From Paraphysomonas bandaiensis (taxonomy: Eukaryota > Protista > Chrysophyceae), in contig CBFFRP010000370.1 of NCBI GenBank assembly GCA_965644295.1, positions 62,001 through 126,000 on the forward strand: a stretch of 64,000 nucleotides of DNA, read 5' to 3'. This document shows positions 63,151 to 64,000 of the stretch, piece by piece (position 1 is the first letter of the stretch; each line of letters opens with the position of its first letter). A program made the position numbers and the translations under genes. The notes under the pieces are model-generated. The model was not told the origin of the DNA. It saw only the letters and a list, made by a program, of their open reading frames with translations, and searched no databases.

Positions 63151-63241
63151 GAAAGTCTTATTATTTAGCATTGAAAGGGAAGGAGGGCCTCCAGGCCCTG
63201 CGTGGAGAGCGCTGTAGCGCATTGGTGGTCCAGTGGGGTAG
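63151..63241 (-). mobile_element. ~90-bp insertion carrying the retroposon tail on a different GC-rich body
   Basis: TSD AGCACTGTCCAT (63130-63141 / 63242-63253); reverse complement ends TGCTAAATAATAAGACTTTC. Confidence 0.65.
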
Positions 63242-64000
63242 AGCACTGTCCATTCATATCTGTGTGGTTGGTACATTTCCTTACTATTTATAGTACGCTT
63301 GAACTTTAATTATTGGTTTAACGACTGCATTTATTGATAACATGGTGCTAGTGATACACCAACAACTCCGATGGCATAAAATATAAGTTTACACACAATG
63401 ATGGGTATCGCTATTTTGAGCAATTAAAAGCTGAATTTTGAGTTTTTTTATTACAATCGTTACTTGAATAATGTTGTTGTCAGAGACAGTATTCTATTTA
63501 TGTAAGATGTTTAGATAACTAAAGTACATTGACTGTACAACATCTGATTATAGTGATTGGTAGTAGTGCGATACAATATATTTAGGAATGACTATGAATG
63601 ATCAGAGATGTTTATTTTATAATATTTTAGTGATTCATTAAAATTATTATTATTATTGAGTGAGCTCAACGTCTTAATGTCAAACACTGATACTCAACAA
63701 TGATATTATTTTATCAACCGTTCCACTTTTATGTAGTTCTTTTCAAAAAAGAATTTTTAATAATGTTCAGATTATTTTCTTTTGGTTGTTAGAATATATA
63801 TAAACCTTAAAAACGGGGGGGGGGGCTAGGGAGCGATATATATCAATACTATTGTTAGATCCGCCGGGATCTATTTTTCGACCTAGTCAATTTAGTGGAA
63901 TTTTCTAGTCACACCAAAATTGGTGTAAAAATAGTATGACTAGGAAATTCAACGACTAGGTTGAATAATATATCTCGATAGCGCCCCATCAATAATATTG

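Overview
Eukaryotic nuclear DNA with short GT-AG introns (mostly about 50-90 nt) and TATG/ATAC-rich gene 5' regions. The gene content suggests a protist, probably a stramenopile; this is inference only. Recognisable genes: YIPF6, GPN2, RPL8, a myristoylated tandem-USP protein, a Crinkler-like REase+kinase protein, a PKA-like pseudokinase, a ubiquitin-like protein split by an inserted GRDP/DUF1399-like domain, a Frizzled/Smoothened-like 7TM receptor, an ankyrin-CaaX protein, a giant 35-aa-repeat coiled-coil gene caught in a 7-8 kb tandem duplication, a copine-U-box ligase and a hephaestin-like membrane protein lacking copper ligands. Mobile DNA: a young, intact Ty1/copia element with non-canonical TATT...AATA LTRs whose last base is the A of the gag ATG; MITEs; and at least 10 copies of a non-LTR retroposon set. 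That set comprises LINE 3' remnants plus short elements starting CCCTCAAC. Most copies end in a ...TAATAA(T)(A/C)AGACTTTC-like tail with no poly(A), several share a 3' stem-loop motif, and many have 9-17 bp target-site duplications. All alignments were done by eye and no database searches were run.
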